DNA from: Octopus vulgaris | Lineage: Eukaryota | DNA: 64,000 nt | Assembly (NCBI GenBank): GCA_951406725.2 | Contig: OX597828.1 | Location: 64,170,001 to 64,234,000 of the forward strand | Direction of reading: 5' to 3' | In this document: piece by piece, positions 37,905 through 51,475 of the stretch | Layout: every line of letters starts with the position of its first letter | Numbering within the stretch: position 1 is the first letter of the stretch | Translations under genes and position numbers: made by a program | Notes under the pieces: generated by a model | The model's input: only the letters and a program-made list of their open reading frames with translations | Told to the model about the DNA's origin: nothing | The model's database searches: none

Positions 37905-39411
37905 ACAAAAGCAAGACAGAACGAAATTTATATCAAGTAGGTTATTCAAGTGTAAAAATATCCTTAAATATTTAGCGCCGGGAAACGCCTCAAAATCTCT
38001 ACTACCGTGGTGTTAGTGTATATAAATATATATATATAGTGCGTGTGTATATGAGTGTGTGTATTGTGCGCCGAAGCAGTCAATTATCTGTGACTTGAAT
38101 GAAGAATTTGCTAGAACAACTGGAAACATGATTGATGCGAATGTGATGTAAGAAGCTAAACGTATGATTGATATGTGCATAGTTATATGAGTGTATATTT
38201 TCATCTATGTACCCACACGCATACACACGTACACACACACTTATACTCTCTCTCTCTCTCACACACACAGATATGTCTTCCTAAATCTAGATTACGAAGA
38301 TCAAAGTGTGATATTCTCTTTGGTATTCGGCAACACACACTTTGATTTCCAAAAGCTGTATGTAGGCGCTTAAATGCAGGTAAATATTTAAACACACACA
38401 CATATATATATCAGTGTGGCGACTGGGTGTGGGGTGTGTGAGTATTATTCCTATCTGATGTAATTTGTCCTTTAAACGGATATTTATGACCTGTGCAATT
38501 GATATGTATGAGTGTGTATTATATATATATATATGTGTGTATGTGTGTGTGTATCATTAAATCTTTTATCTTTTACCGGTTTCAGTCATTGGACAGCGGC
38601 CATGCTGAGGCACTGCCTTGAAGAGTTTTAAGTCAAAGGAATCGACCGCAGTACTTTTTCTCAAACTTAGTACTTATTCAATCGATCTCCATAACCATCC
38701 TCTCTTATCAAGGCTATGCAAAATTATATTAACTAAAATTACTTTTCTTTCTTTAAAACTGCACGGGGCTGTGCTTTCGGTGAGAGTCATCTGGACACTA
38801 CTTCTAACAAAATGTTATCGTATATAAATGCAGTAAGCTAGCACAAAAAGAGTATAAGCGCAGAAATGAAAGTGTAGGCGTAAGAATGCATTGGAATCTT
38901 TGTCGAGTGAATGGATTCAAAGTAGCAGAAAAATATTATATACGTGAACTAGAGGCCGTGTTGGTGAATAATAAAAACTGATTTTATGAGATTTTTCCGT
39001 AAATACTGAACCATAATATTGAAGCAAAGGGAGCAGATATGGTTACAGAGGACACAACTCTGGTGCACTTGCAAAGTGATACCTAAAAAGTTGGATGATA
39101 TTGGAACTGAGACTCACATTGTCTATTTGTAGAAACGTGAAATCCTCTGCTCAGCAAGAACCCTAAAAATGATTCCTGAGATTTGAGGAGATGAGCGGGA
39201 TGAGCAACTCGACCTGAAGAAAATTGTAACTGGACCCCACCTGCAAAGTTGTGCGCTGCTTATCTTGATATGAGAGCACCATGTCGCGCACATAAGGTTG
39301 GGATATATGTGCCTAGTGTATCCTTATCAGACGGGTAGTCATGATGGGTATACTGGGCTTCGTATATTTTACCTCAGTTTCACTTTGATGACATGCGCTG
39401 CTCTCTCACTC

Positions 39412-39464
<53 letters not shown>

Positions 39465-39520
39465 CAACAACAACAACAACAACAACAGCAATAACAAAAA
39501 CAGCGACAACAACAGTAATA

Positions 39521-39862
39521 ATTCTTTCTAGTTTTGACACAAGGCCAGCAAATTTGAGGGAAGGAACAAGTCGAATCTATGCACTGCAGTACTCAACTGG
39601 TAGTTATTGTATCGACAGCAAAGGGATGAAAAGGTAAAGTTAGCCTGGGCGGAAATTGAACTCAGACCGTAAGGAATCAGAAGAAATGATGCTAAACATT
39701 TTATCCGACGCGCTAACGATACAGTCAATTCACTGCCTTTAAAAGATCCTGATTTAGGCACAAGGCCAGAAGTGTTGAGGGGGGGGAGTAATGGAAACCA
39801 TCGACCCCCAGTTCTTGTCTGACACTTTATTTTATCGAATCCGAACTCGGCGGGATTTCAAC
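39521..39862 (-). mobile_element. two tandem Meta-domain SINE copies
   Basis: Two CACAAGGCCAG tails at about 39537 and 39758 with central-domain remnants. Confidence 0.7.
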
Positions 39863-40667
39863 TGGGAGAGCAGAAAAATAATATTGACGATGATGATGAT
39901 GGTGATGATGATGATACTAATAGCAACACACGGAGAGAAAAAGAAAGTAAAATTATATGGAAAACAATCTGTTTACAGAGAATTAGTGTCGGAATAATTG
40001 TAAGATTAAATTCTTGACACTCGGAATTGGCAAAAGTTATAAAATCTTAAACTGTTTCCTCAACAATCAGAATTTGACTCTCTCTCTCACACACACACAA
40101 AAAATCATTAACAGCAATGGAAATGGTTCTGAGAGCTGCTGCCGCTGTTGCTGCTGTTGCCGTAATGGCGGCAGGCCATTACGGCGTTTTGCTGACATAC
40201 GATAATTTTTGGCTCTTGTTTTTGCTCATAATTCTTCGGACTTCCACCATAGATTGTATATTTGCTTTCGTTCCGTACACAAGAAGGGAGTTGCCGAACC
40301 AACATGAAATAAATAGTACTTAATTTCTTCCTGTTTCTTGATTTAGATACATTATACAGATTTTACATTGGGTTCTTTCCAAAATATTAAATTTATTTTA
40401 AGGTTACGTTGCAGTTAGTTGCTGTAGCAATTGTTGTTGTTCTTCGGGGTGCTGGTGATTATAGTCGTGGCTATGGTTGTTGTAGTTGTTGCTAGTGTTG
40501 CAACAGCGCGATATTTTTTATAATATATTTTTCGCTGTTGATTTTTAAAATATTTTCTTTTATTACAATTTCATTTTCAAAAAAAAATGTTTATGTAATG
40601 GAATACAGGTATGCAGGCAGAGGTAAATATACTATAATACACAGACTTATTCACACATCCTCCCCCC

Positions 40668-40713
<46 letters not shown>

Positions 40714-41059
40714 CATACACATGCTCATACATTTACACACATCCACACAGACACATATATACATATAAGCACATACCTTAAATATATATATGCATATGTC
40801 TGTATATAAATTTCATAAATATATACACATGCATATATGTGTATACACGTGTGTGTGTTTGCTTTGTGTGTGTGTGTGTGTGTGAGAGTAAACTGCATGC
40901 CATTTTGCATTAAAACATTTTGGCTTCCTGTTAAGAATAATTTTCAGCTGCATTCTATTGCCAAGTCTGAAAGCTTGTTGAGCAAAATATACTTGTATGT
41001 ATCAGTATAGATAAGTGTGTATATAAGTATGTTTTGGGTATGTATAAATATGTTTATAT

Positions 41060-41117
<58 letters not shown>

Positions 41118-41252
41118 GGAGACATATAGATACATATATACATGGACAGACCGATAAATATAGAGACAAATAGGTAGCTAGATATACATATTTATATGCA
41201 TAAATGTATATATATATATATGCTTATATAAGAGCCTGTATGTTGTATGTAC

Positions 41253-41299
<47 letters not shown>

Positions 41300-41843
41300 T
41301 AATCCAAACAAGAAAGCACAAAAAAACACGTTCAGGAAAGAAGGGGGGTTTAACGTTTCGAGCGGAGCTCTGCCTCAGAAACATAGGAGAAGGAAAGATC
41401 CAGAGAAGGGAAGACAGAGGAAAAAAAATCGCCAACGGTACACACGAGGTCACATTTTGAAAGGCCGGAAGGAAAAGGGTGAAGAAAGATGTTTTCAAAG
41501 ACAGAAGAGTAATATAGTCAAAGACAGCAGAATGGTAGGAGGAGGAATGCGTGTGTAAGTGTAGATATGTGCGTGCGCGGAGGTCTGCGTGTGCGTGTGA
41601 GTGTGTATGTGTGCAATGATGACACGTGTGTGTGTGTGCGCGTGTGTGTGTGTATGTGTGTGTGTATGTTTGTGTGGTTGTAGATGTGAACAAAGGGATG
41701 TATATATGTATATGTATGTATATATATAAATGTATATTTATATATATATGTATGTGTATATATATATGTGTGTGTTTGTGTGTATATATATATATATGTG
41801 TGTATATATATATTGTGTGTATATATATATGTGTTTGTGTGTT

Positions 41844-41875
<32 letters not shown>

Positions 41876-42551
41876 CTAGCAGCTAAGCCCGGTTTCACCC
41901 GGTCGGTTTGAATGATGTGGCTGTAAAACCTGCTCTGTGTAAGCATTCGACTTGTTTGGGTAGGCTTACGTTAAAAAACAATTTTAGAATGACATTTTTT
42001 TGTCAAAACGCTAAAAATAACTGAACAATAAAAAAAAAAAAAACAAGATTCAACCAAAACAAAAAATAAGCCCAAAGAGTAAGCAAAGAAAGATGCAAAG
42101 CAACAGAAACAAGCATGAAACATAAAACAAAAATTAAAAGAAATAAAAAAGATAGGTAAAAGTCTTTTAAATATCCATAGGTCAAAAAACAACATTAAAA
42201 AATAACAACTGAAAAACATTAAATACCTCAACCTAAATACGAAATATTGCACAAAATTTACAAACCAAAAGAAAAATAACCCATCTGAAACTGAAAAACA
42301 AATAACTGAAACACTACAAAGAAAGACTTCACAAAAACTCCCACTTCCATTGCGCGCGCAAATGGACGCGCACACACATACAAACATACACAAACACACA
42401 CGACACGCATTCACATACCCCCCTTTTAAATACACACACATATATTCACACAGAGTTGAATATACCAAGTATGACATCACCTCTTCCTTCTTTATTCATC
42501 TATCACCCCTTCGTTTCTCATTCATAAACACAAGAGTATTATTATAGTAGA
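41876..42551 (-). mobile_element. non-autonomous Helitron
   Basis: Minus: A|TCTACTATAATAATAC ... CCGGGTGAAACCGGG hairpin ... CTAG|T; further Helitron-like 5' sequence extends to about 42712. Confidence 0.7.
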
Positions 42552-43138
42552 TTATCTCGGTAACCATGGGAGTTGTGAAAAAATACAAAGTCCAGCATCA
42601 CCGCCGGGTCATTCTACTCATCTGTGTAATTTTTAGCCCAATTTCAACCAGCCGTTTGACCGTGAATCCCAAGACGAGAAAGAATTGCCCATGTTAAATT
42701 TATATGTATACATATGACCAAAAGACTTCACCAGGTGGTGCTATTAAGTTAGGCCTATAATGGCCGAAACCTATCAAATCTATCAAAGTCAAATAACGTG
42801 GTGTATTATGGCCGGCTCGAGAGTGACCATTGATCTTGTACCTGTAAACCTATTAGTTGTATAGATGACTCGTCAGACTCGCTGCCCGGAGGTAAATAAC
42901 CTGTCTGCAACAGGAAGAAGGAATACGTATTGGTCAAGAATGTGATGTTATACCTCCTTAATATCATAATGAGGAGCTGAGATTGTTCAGACGATGCTTG
43001 AACGAAGTCTCTGTAAATCCAACATATTTCCGGGCCTGTGCCCAACTGCTTGTAGTGCTACAGTTGTAGCTGTTGCTACTGCTGGATCCGTTAGTGTCGC
43101 TGCTGGTATCACTGCTGGTGCCTTATTTTATATACATA

Positions 43139-43481
43139 CTAGCAGTATCGCCCGGCGTTGCTCGGGTTTGTAAGGGAAATAACTATAAAGCATTTTTAGA
43201 GAGTTATAGCCAAAAAATGGGGAAAAAATTATGGTAATTTTTTTTTTTAGACAGTCTGGTTTGTGTTTGTGATTCTCGACCCCATGTCGAATTTATCGAT
43301 TTTTTTCAGAACTGGGGGAACTTTTCAAAATTTTCGCTGCGTTAGTTTTGAATTATGACATTGGGCTATGTGTGTGTCAAGTTTCATCAGAATCGGTTGA
43401 AAGCCGTGGTCAGGGTGAGGGTACAACCTAACAGACACACAGAAACACACACAGACAAACTGCCGTTTATATATAGAGAGA
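43139..43481 (-). mobile_element. non-autonomous Helitron
   Basis: Minus: A|TCTCTCTATATATAAACGG ... CCCGAGCAACGCCGGG hairpin ... CTAG|T. Confidence 0.8.
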
Positions 43482-43700
43482 TATACATACATACATACAT
43501 ATATATATATATAGAAGGACCACTGATGCGGTCACAGGAGTGTGACGAAAGAACTGCCGAAATAAGATTAAGATTAATAAAAAATAAATATCACTGAAGC
43601 AAAATAACACCAAATATATAGTGCGTGTGTTTTTATTATACATACGAAATATACAATATCTGTTTCAACACACACTTACATAAAAAATCTTGCACAACAA

Positions 43701-43747
<47 letters not shown>

Positions 43748-44488
43748 TCAATAAATAGTGGGGTTGTGTTGACCGCACGTGGAGAAATGATAGGCAAGGA
43801 AAAATTATAAAAAGGCAGAATGAAGGTAAAATTGAAGGTAAATTTTAATGAAAATGGGTGTATGGAAAATTAAAATTTTTTTTTTGTTTAATATTAACTC
43901 TAACAGGTTTTCGTCGCAATACGACTTTTCAAGGATTGTAAGGTGAAAAGAAAAAAATTTTATAATTGAGGAGGGGGAAAAAAGAAAATTACATTGTTTT
44001 TTGCAAAAAAATAATAAACATATGCAAAAATTAAAGAATATGTACACCGATACATTGTAAAGTCTTTGTGTATCTCGAGTTCAATGATAGTTCTTGGAAA
44101 AATTACCTTGGAAGATTGAGATCCATGTGATTAAATCCATGTGGTATTTAATTTAGGATGTTTGTTAAATGAATGTCAAAACAGGAAATGGGGTAGGAGT
44201 TATCCAGTTCCTGTGAGTAAGGGGAGACAACTCTGTGGATTTTGTGCTCTTCAATTGGGGTTAGCAATTTTTTGTAAGATAGGATGTTAATAAACTTTAA
44301 AGTATAAAATTATCATTTTAGCTTCATTTGCATTATCTTTTTTATATATAATTGTTTGCTAACTTAACATTCAGATTTTAACACTTTATTTATATTGTTT
44401 TCTAATTATATAAATTTACATAAACCAATTTATAATTTCGTTTCAGCTTGTTATGTCATATATAATAAAAATAATAAAAAAAAAAAAA

Positions 44489-44528
<40 letters not shown>

Positions 44529-44807
44529 GAATATTATTTTTAGTTTGAAGTGATAACTGCATGATATCCTTATATATTTGTATTAGTCCATCCTTGAAGA
44601 ATGAGGTAGAAAAAAGAAGTATGATCAACGTGCAATTTGCATATTAAGATGCGTTTTGAATTTTTCAATCAAAAGATTCTCCTTGTTAATTCTTTCTTAT
44701 GTAGTGATTCCGTCTTTACATTGGTAGAAGGGGAATATGTAAAATTTGGGATTTTTGTCTTTAGCGCACGAGTCTATGTGGCTACTTATATATATATAGG
44801 ATATAAA

Positions 44808-46312
44808 ATATACTCCATCCGTAAAGGAGGTCGTAGATCAGAGACCAAAAACTACTGACCTATTTCTCTGATCTCGCAAATCAGCAAAGTCATGGAACCA
44901 ATTGTCAGAAGAAATCTAATCACCTTCCTTCAGGAATATGACTTGCTGCCTGACACCCAACCTAGTTTCCGACCAGAGAGAAGCTGCCCGACTCATCTCT
45001 TACAACACTATAACTGGGTGTTGAAACAGCTGCCCAACCACTGAAATCTGGATGTGATATATCTCGACTTTGCAAAAGGTTTCGAATAAAGTTGATCATC
45101 GAATGATATGTGACAAACTGCGTGATCTCGGTATAGTCGGAACATTGGGAGAAAGGCTGCATGACTTTCTGAAAGACAGAAGCCAAGCAGTAGTTGTCAA
45201 TGGGGCCGCCTCTAATGACACGCAAATAGTGAGTGGTGTTCCGAGAGGCACCGTCCTGGGACCACCACTCCCATAAAAGCTCCCTCAGATATGCCCTCAG
45301 CCACACAGAGAGCCACGATCACAAGTTATGCATATGATACGTAAGTCTTACTGGTGATACAGAACCCTGAAGATGCTATGCACTTGCTACGTGACTTAGT
45401 TGAAATATACAAGTGGGACAAGAAGAATAGCATGCAGTTTAATGCTGAAAAGTTTCAAGCCCTATTCTCTCAGCATGCAAAACTAAATGCAATACCAATT
45501 AAATACACTAGACCTGGAGGGATTGCAATTCCAGAGACAGTCAGTGCGAGACCTGGGCATTTACATGAGCAATGATGGATCCTTCCATGTACATGTTGCT
45601 AAGTTGGCAATGAAATGCAGGCGTCTGACCGGATAGATTCTTAGAACTTATAAAACGAGAGATCAGGAAACCATGAATGGTTCTCTGAAGGACGTTTATC
45701 CTAAGCTGCTTTGACTGTTCCCAGCTATGGTCACCAACCAGTGTAAAGTTAATTGCATTCCAACGAAGCTGCACGAAAAAGATAGCCTCTATGCAGTACA
45801 CAAGCTACTGGATAACACCCAAGAGACTGAGACTCTATTCCCTGGAGCGCAGGCGGGTAACATACACTGTTATATATATCTGGAAGATCCTGGAGTGACT
45901 TGTCCCAAACTTTGGCATTGAGGCTTACACTGACGCTTGAACAGGGCACCACTGTATTGTGCCAAAGACTCCAAATTTGCCATAAAAATATAGGACAGGT
46001 TATTATAATATCCTAGGATTTGAAGGCCTACAACTTTTTAATATCCCCCTGAAGGGCCCCAGAAACTTACATGGGGTGGATGTAGAGTTCTTCAGAACAA
46101 AACTAATCTCTTACTGTCAAGGGACCCAGATGAACAAACTTCACTCCAGGAAGTACAAATAAGGGCAGCGGCATCAAACTCCCTCATGTACCAAATGTCA
46201 AGTTCTATAAAGAATTGGTGAAGTAAAAATTATAATTATGTAGCAACATCAAATGGTGGTGCCCCTGCATGGTCATAACTCGTGAGCTGAACCTAGTTCA
46301 GTTCAATTCAAT
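44808..46312 (+). pseudogene. decayed CR1/L2-group LINE (RT domain to 3' end)
   Basis: KNY*PISLISQISKVME, VIYLDFAK, KVDH, SGVPRGTVLGP and YAYDT (YADDT) motifs with stops and frameshifts. Confidence 0.88.
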
Positions 46313-46395
46313 ACATACACACACACATATATATATATATTACCTGACTGGTAATGCCTTCCCTGCATAATACATAAATTGCACTTCGTATTCGA

Positions 46396-46476
46396 GGCCT
46401 CGATGAAGCTAGAAGATGTTATTCAGGCAGTCAACTATGAGTCCGCTGCATTTTACAGCGGAAACAGCTGTAAGCC
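46396..46476 (+). ncRNA. hammerhead-like motif with variant core
   Basis: GGC-CTCGATGA-A-GCT...AGC-G-GAAAC-AGCT-GTA-AGCC; palindromic stem III ACAGCTGT and GUA triplet. Confidence 0.45.
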
Positions 46477-46519
46477 AATGAATTTCATAACATAGCCATT
46501 AATTTTCCTGTGTCATCTA

Positions 46520-46570
<51 letters not shown>

Positions 46571-46685
46571 CATCATACACACACACACACATATATATAT
46601 ACACACACACACTTATATATATATATTTACATACATACTCACATATACCCACACAAACACGCATATACAACATGTACAAAAAAGT

Positions 46686-46739
<54 letters not shown>

Positions 46740-46925
46740 TACTCATACACATATGTTTGATAAAAATATTGGCATGAAACTCAAAGCAATTGAATCGCCG
46801 CCTTAAACAATAAATAAAATTATGTATGTATGCAAACACACACATATACATACATACATACATATATACATACATATACATACACGTATCATATACATAT
46901 ATTTGTATCCGAGTGCGTACGTATC

Positions 46926-47000
<75 letters not shown>

Positions 47001-47520
47001 CACCTGTGTGTGTGTTCAGACATAGATATGCAAGGAGTTAAGCTCGTCTTCTATTATACAAGTGCGCATGCACTCACGTACAGATCGGGGGTGTGTCTCT
47101 ACATACAATTATAATAAATAATGATATTATAATAAATAATCATAGATTACGTAAATATACATATGTAATGATGCAGGATATTTCAATATTTGTCAGTGCA
47201 TCGGTTCGTGTGTTTATATAACACTCGTATATGTACATGTATCCGTGTGCTCCCACCACTGTATTTATGTATATCTATCTCGGTGTGGTTGTACGTACAG
47301 ATGTGTTTGTGTACATACGTGTCTATGTGTATGTGTATTTATATATGTGTGTATCTGTGTGTACGTATGTGTGGGGGCATCTGTATGTTAGTGTGTATGT
47401 TTATATTTATTTCTGAGGTAAACATTCTCTAGACAATGTCAATATACACACAAGGTCTTGTTTGTCATTCTATACTCCAAACAAACAGCTTGATTTGTGA
47501 TCAGGAAGTCCTTTTTGCAG

Positions 47521-47618
<98 letters not shown>

Positions 47619-47664
47619 AACACACGCATTATTCGACGGCATGTATACATGCATAAATATAATC

Positions 47665-47742
<78 letters not shown>

Positions 47743-47884
47743 CTGTCTGTTAAGTAATAATGCCTCTGTATAGAACCAAATTCTTCACAGTTGAATCATA
47801 TTCACCAATGGCGTGTTTCTCTTGGAGTTTTGCCTCTTACCAAAACTATTTAATCTTCATGGATATATATGTAAATATATATAA

Positions 47885-47932
<48 letters not shown>

Positions 47933-48202
47933 TGCACACACAAATGTATATATATACAAAATACATATGCTTATATATCATACGCTTATATCGTTTGCTT
48001 TAACTGGGGAGAGAAAAGCACTCAATACCACAATAGAGCGTAGAGCGTATTTAGCCGGGTGCAAGCAGGCTGTTACTTTGGTGTTTCCCCCGACGTGTGG
48101 TCGTTTTATCAGGTAGCAAAATATATATTTTCTTTTCCGTCTTTAAAAGCCATAGTATCTCGCTGATAGCACCAGACTATCAGGCTACTGGATCAACCTA
48201 CT

Positions 48203-48236
<34 letters not shown>

Positions 48237-48349
48237 TGTATGTATGTATGTATGTATGTATGTATGTATGTATGTATGTATACATGTATGTATGTATGTA
48301 TGTATGTATGTATGTATGTATGTATGTATGTGTGTATATATGTATGTAT

Positions 48350-51228
48350 ACTTTCAGCACGCCGGATACCACCCCGGAATTTCTACGTACCCGTACTAAC
48401 ATTTATTGGATGGCCGTTGACTCTCAAGAGGTCCTCCGCCCTTTGACGGGTTTTGTTTTTCATCCCGCAGGGTGTCCAATAAACACCCTCCTCACCAAGC
48501 AAACTTGGTGGGGTTGCCGTTTTAGTCGCTGACGACCCGACCATGCAACAGGTTGTACTGGGTTGCATGTTACCAGTAGCACTCGAAGGTGACCTGACAT
48601 TTTGTGCACAAAGGTGATCACACAACAACATGGATGCATCCAAGGTCCAAAGTTTGGCACTTGCTGGATTACGTCATCATCCGCAAGCGCGATATTTATG
48701 ACATTTGTAATGTCAAGTCCTTGCATGGATCAGAATGCTGGACAGACCACAGTCTGGTGCGAGCAAAGTTCCGAATGGTGATTAGGGCGAAAGAGAGAAG
48801 AGGACCAGTCAGCATTCCTCGCCGTCTAAATGTCCACAAGGTATATGACGTTGTGGTTAGGAAAGAGCTTCAGACTCGCTTGTCCAGCATTGAAACTGCT
48901 GGGGTATGTTACTGCCAGACACAGAGACTGGTTTGATGAGAATGATGCTGAAATTCAACGACTATTAGTGGTGAAGCGCCATGCCCACAGTGCGTTGCTG
49001 CACAGAGAACAGTCTACTGTGCAGCGAAGTCTAGCACTTACCCACTATAACAGTGTAAAATCACTACTGCAGCGATCTCTCAGGAAGATGCAGAACACTT
49101 GGTGGGAGGATCTTGCTCGTGATGTTCAGGTTGTTGCTGATGCAAATGACAGCAAGAAGCTTTACCATCTTATGAAGCGATCTTATGGACCTAAGAGTTC
49201 CACATCAGCTCCTTTGCTTTCCAAGGAGTCTTCCACTCTGTTTACTAAATCAACAGAAATCACAGATCGCTGGATCGAACACTTCTCCTAACTCCTAAAC
49301 CATGAGTCAGTTGTGGACGAAACAGTGATTGATACTATGAAACAAAGACCTATCATTGACTCCTTAGACTCCTCGCCATCAATACATGAAGTGATGACAT
49401 CAATAAGTAAATTGAATCTTGGTAGGGCACCTGGAAAGGATGGAATTTGTGCTGAGGTCTTGCGATTTGGTGGTAATTGCATCACACAGTCCCTTCATGA
49501 ACTTATTACTGCAGTCTGGAGGGATGGCGCAATCCGTAAGGACTGGAAGGATGCAATTATTCTTCCTCTATATAAAGGAAAAGGAGCCAGAACAATGTGT
49601 GGTAACTACAGAGGTATTGCTCTACTATCAGCTGCTGGCAAGGTTTTGGCAAGTATTCTTCTTACCCGTCTGAATGGGTGTCTCGTAAATGATGTCCTAT
49701 CTGAATCTCAATGTGGCTTCCGATCTGGTAGAGGGACAATGGATATGATTTTCACAACAAGACAGATGCAGGAGAAGTGCTATGAGCAGAATATGGATCT
49801 TGTCCAGGTATTCATTGATTTGACTAAGGCCTTTGATACTGTAAATAGGCCCTATTTACAGTATCAAAGTATTGACAAGTATTTTCTATGGAAAATACTT
49901 GGCAAACTTGGATGTCCGGATCACTTTATATCTATAATTAAATCATTTCATGATGGGATGGAGGCTTGGGTCAATGCTGGTGGTGCCATGGCGGGACCCA
50001 TTCCTGTAGAGAATGGTGTCAAGCAGGGTGACATCCTTGCCCCAACTCTCTTTTCTTTGTACTTTGCTGCTGTTTTTACTCATGCTTTTGCTAAGGTTAA
50101 CTCTCTGGGAATATATGTCAGATATCGATCCTCTGGCCGCCTCTTTAATCTTCGCCGATTTGCTGCCAATTCAAAGGTGTCCCAGTCTATTATTCGTGAC
50201 CTCCTTTATGCAGATGACTGTGACTTAGTCACTCATACAGTGGATGACATGCAAATACTCATGAATTGCATTTCTGCTTCTTGCAGGACATTTGGACTCA
50301 GCATTAGCCTGGACAAGACTGTTGTAATGTTCCAGCCTGCACCAGGAAATCCATATATAGAACCAGCTATCTTGGTTGAAGGAACAGTTCTGAAGGTAGT
50401 AGACAAGTTTGTCTACCTGGGCAGCACACTCAGCCGTTCTTGCTCCCTAGATGAGGAAATATCTTTCAGGTTGCAGAGAGCAACTAATTCCTTCCGGTCT
50501 CTTCAGTCTCGTGTCTGGTCCCAACATGGCATCGCAAGGAGAACAAAAGTTGCTGTGTACCGTGCTTGTGTACTGACATTGCTTCTCTACTCATGTGAGA
50601 CATGGACTCTGTACAAACGTCAGGTAAGGGCCCTTGAACGTTTTCATCAGAGATGTCTCAGACACATTCTCAATGTTGGCTGTACCTCAAAAATTCCAGA
50701 CACACAGATCCTGAGGACAGCTGATATCTTGAGTATTGAGGCGATGGTACACAAGCACCGGTTGCGTTGGACTGGACACCTTATTAGAATGGAGGATAGA
50801 AGGATTCCTAAGCAGATGCTCTATGGAGAACTTGTGAATGGAAGGAGACCCCGGCAGAAACCAAGGCTGCGACTTAAAGACTGTGTCAAGTCCTCGTTAA
50901 AGGCCTTTGATATGCAGGACACTGACTGGGAGAACAATGCCTGTCATTGCCACGGATGGAGGAAGCAGGTTAAGGAGGGGATCGACACTTTTGAGAGAGC
51001 ACGTATCCAGCATGAAGAACTTAAGCGAGCTGCGCGAAAGCGCACGGCTAGTATAGTGAATGGGGAAAGCTTGGTCTGCAATGTTTGCAGTCGTGTATGC
51101 TTGTCAAGAGCAGGGCTCATTAGCCATCAACGGAGCCGCAAATGCAAAATATAAGTTAGTCCTAGAGCGCACAATGTTCCTGAAGGTCGGTAATGGTCTT
51201 CCTCGGTCACGAGTGGACGGACATCATA
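48350..51228 (+). mobile_element. RTE-clade LINE, 5'-truncated with a probable inverted 5' segment, inserted in a TA/TATG microsatellite
   Basis: APE end TWMHPRSKVWHLLDYVI, RT and C-terminal zinc finger; 48350-48600 is GC-rich, structured and reads like an RTE 5' UTR on the minus strand. Confidence 0.9.
49313..51154 (+). CDS. RTE reverse transcriptase ORF remnant (613 aa; upstream in-frame stop at 49289-49291)
   Basis: APGKDGI, NYRGIALLS, QCGFRSGRGT.D, FIDLTKAFDTV, GVKQGDILAPTLF, LYADD, FVYLGS and C-terminal CNVC...GLISH. Confidence 0.9.
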   Translation: MDETVIDTMKQRPIIDSLDSSPSIHEVMTSISKLNLGRAPGKDGICAEVLRFGGNCITQSLHELITAVWRDGAIRKDWKDAIILPLYKGKGARTMCGNYRGIALLSAAGKVLASILLTRLNGCLVNDVLSESQCGFRSGRGTMDMIFTTRQMQEKCYEQNMDLVQVFIDLTKAFDTVNRPYLQYQSIDKYFLWKILGKLGCPDHFISIIKSFHDGMEAWVNAGGAMAGPIPVENGVKQGDILAPTLFSLYFAAVFTHAFAKVNSLGIYVRYRSSGRLFNLRRFAANSKVSQSIIRDLLYADDCDLVTHTVDDMQILMNCISASCRTFGLSISLDKTVVMFQPAPGNPYIEPAILVEGTVLKVVDKFVYLGSTLSRSCSLDEEISFRLQRATNSFRSLQSRVWSQHGIARRTKVAVYRACVLTLLLYSCETWTLYKRQVRALERFHQRCLRHILNVGCTSKIPDTQILRTADILSIEAMVHKHRLRWTGHLIRMEDRRIPKQMLYGELVNGRRPRQKPRLRLKDCVKSSLKAFDMQDTDWENNACHCHGWRKQVKEGIDTFERARIQHEELKRAARKRTASIVNGESLVCNVCSRVCLSRAGLISHQRSRKCKI

Positions 51229-51475
51229 TATGTATACATTATAATATATAGACAACTATTTCTGGTTCGCTTCTTGGCTGAAATCAGTTCACCTCTCACC
51301 CAACAATATCCGTATTTGTATTAGAAAAATTACAATCTGTTTTAAATAAAATATCTATTCAGAATCCACTTATTTTTGAAGAAATTAGCGACTGTTTCCT
51401 GGGCAACGCCAGATATCTTGAAGGCCTATATATCAATATGCTTGATATGTATGTATGTTTAGCTCTTTAATACCT

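Noticed and set aside
42749-42778. GGCC-TATAAT-GGCC-GAAAC
   Set aside because: Looks like stem II + GAAA, but the CUGANGA box is absent.
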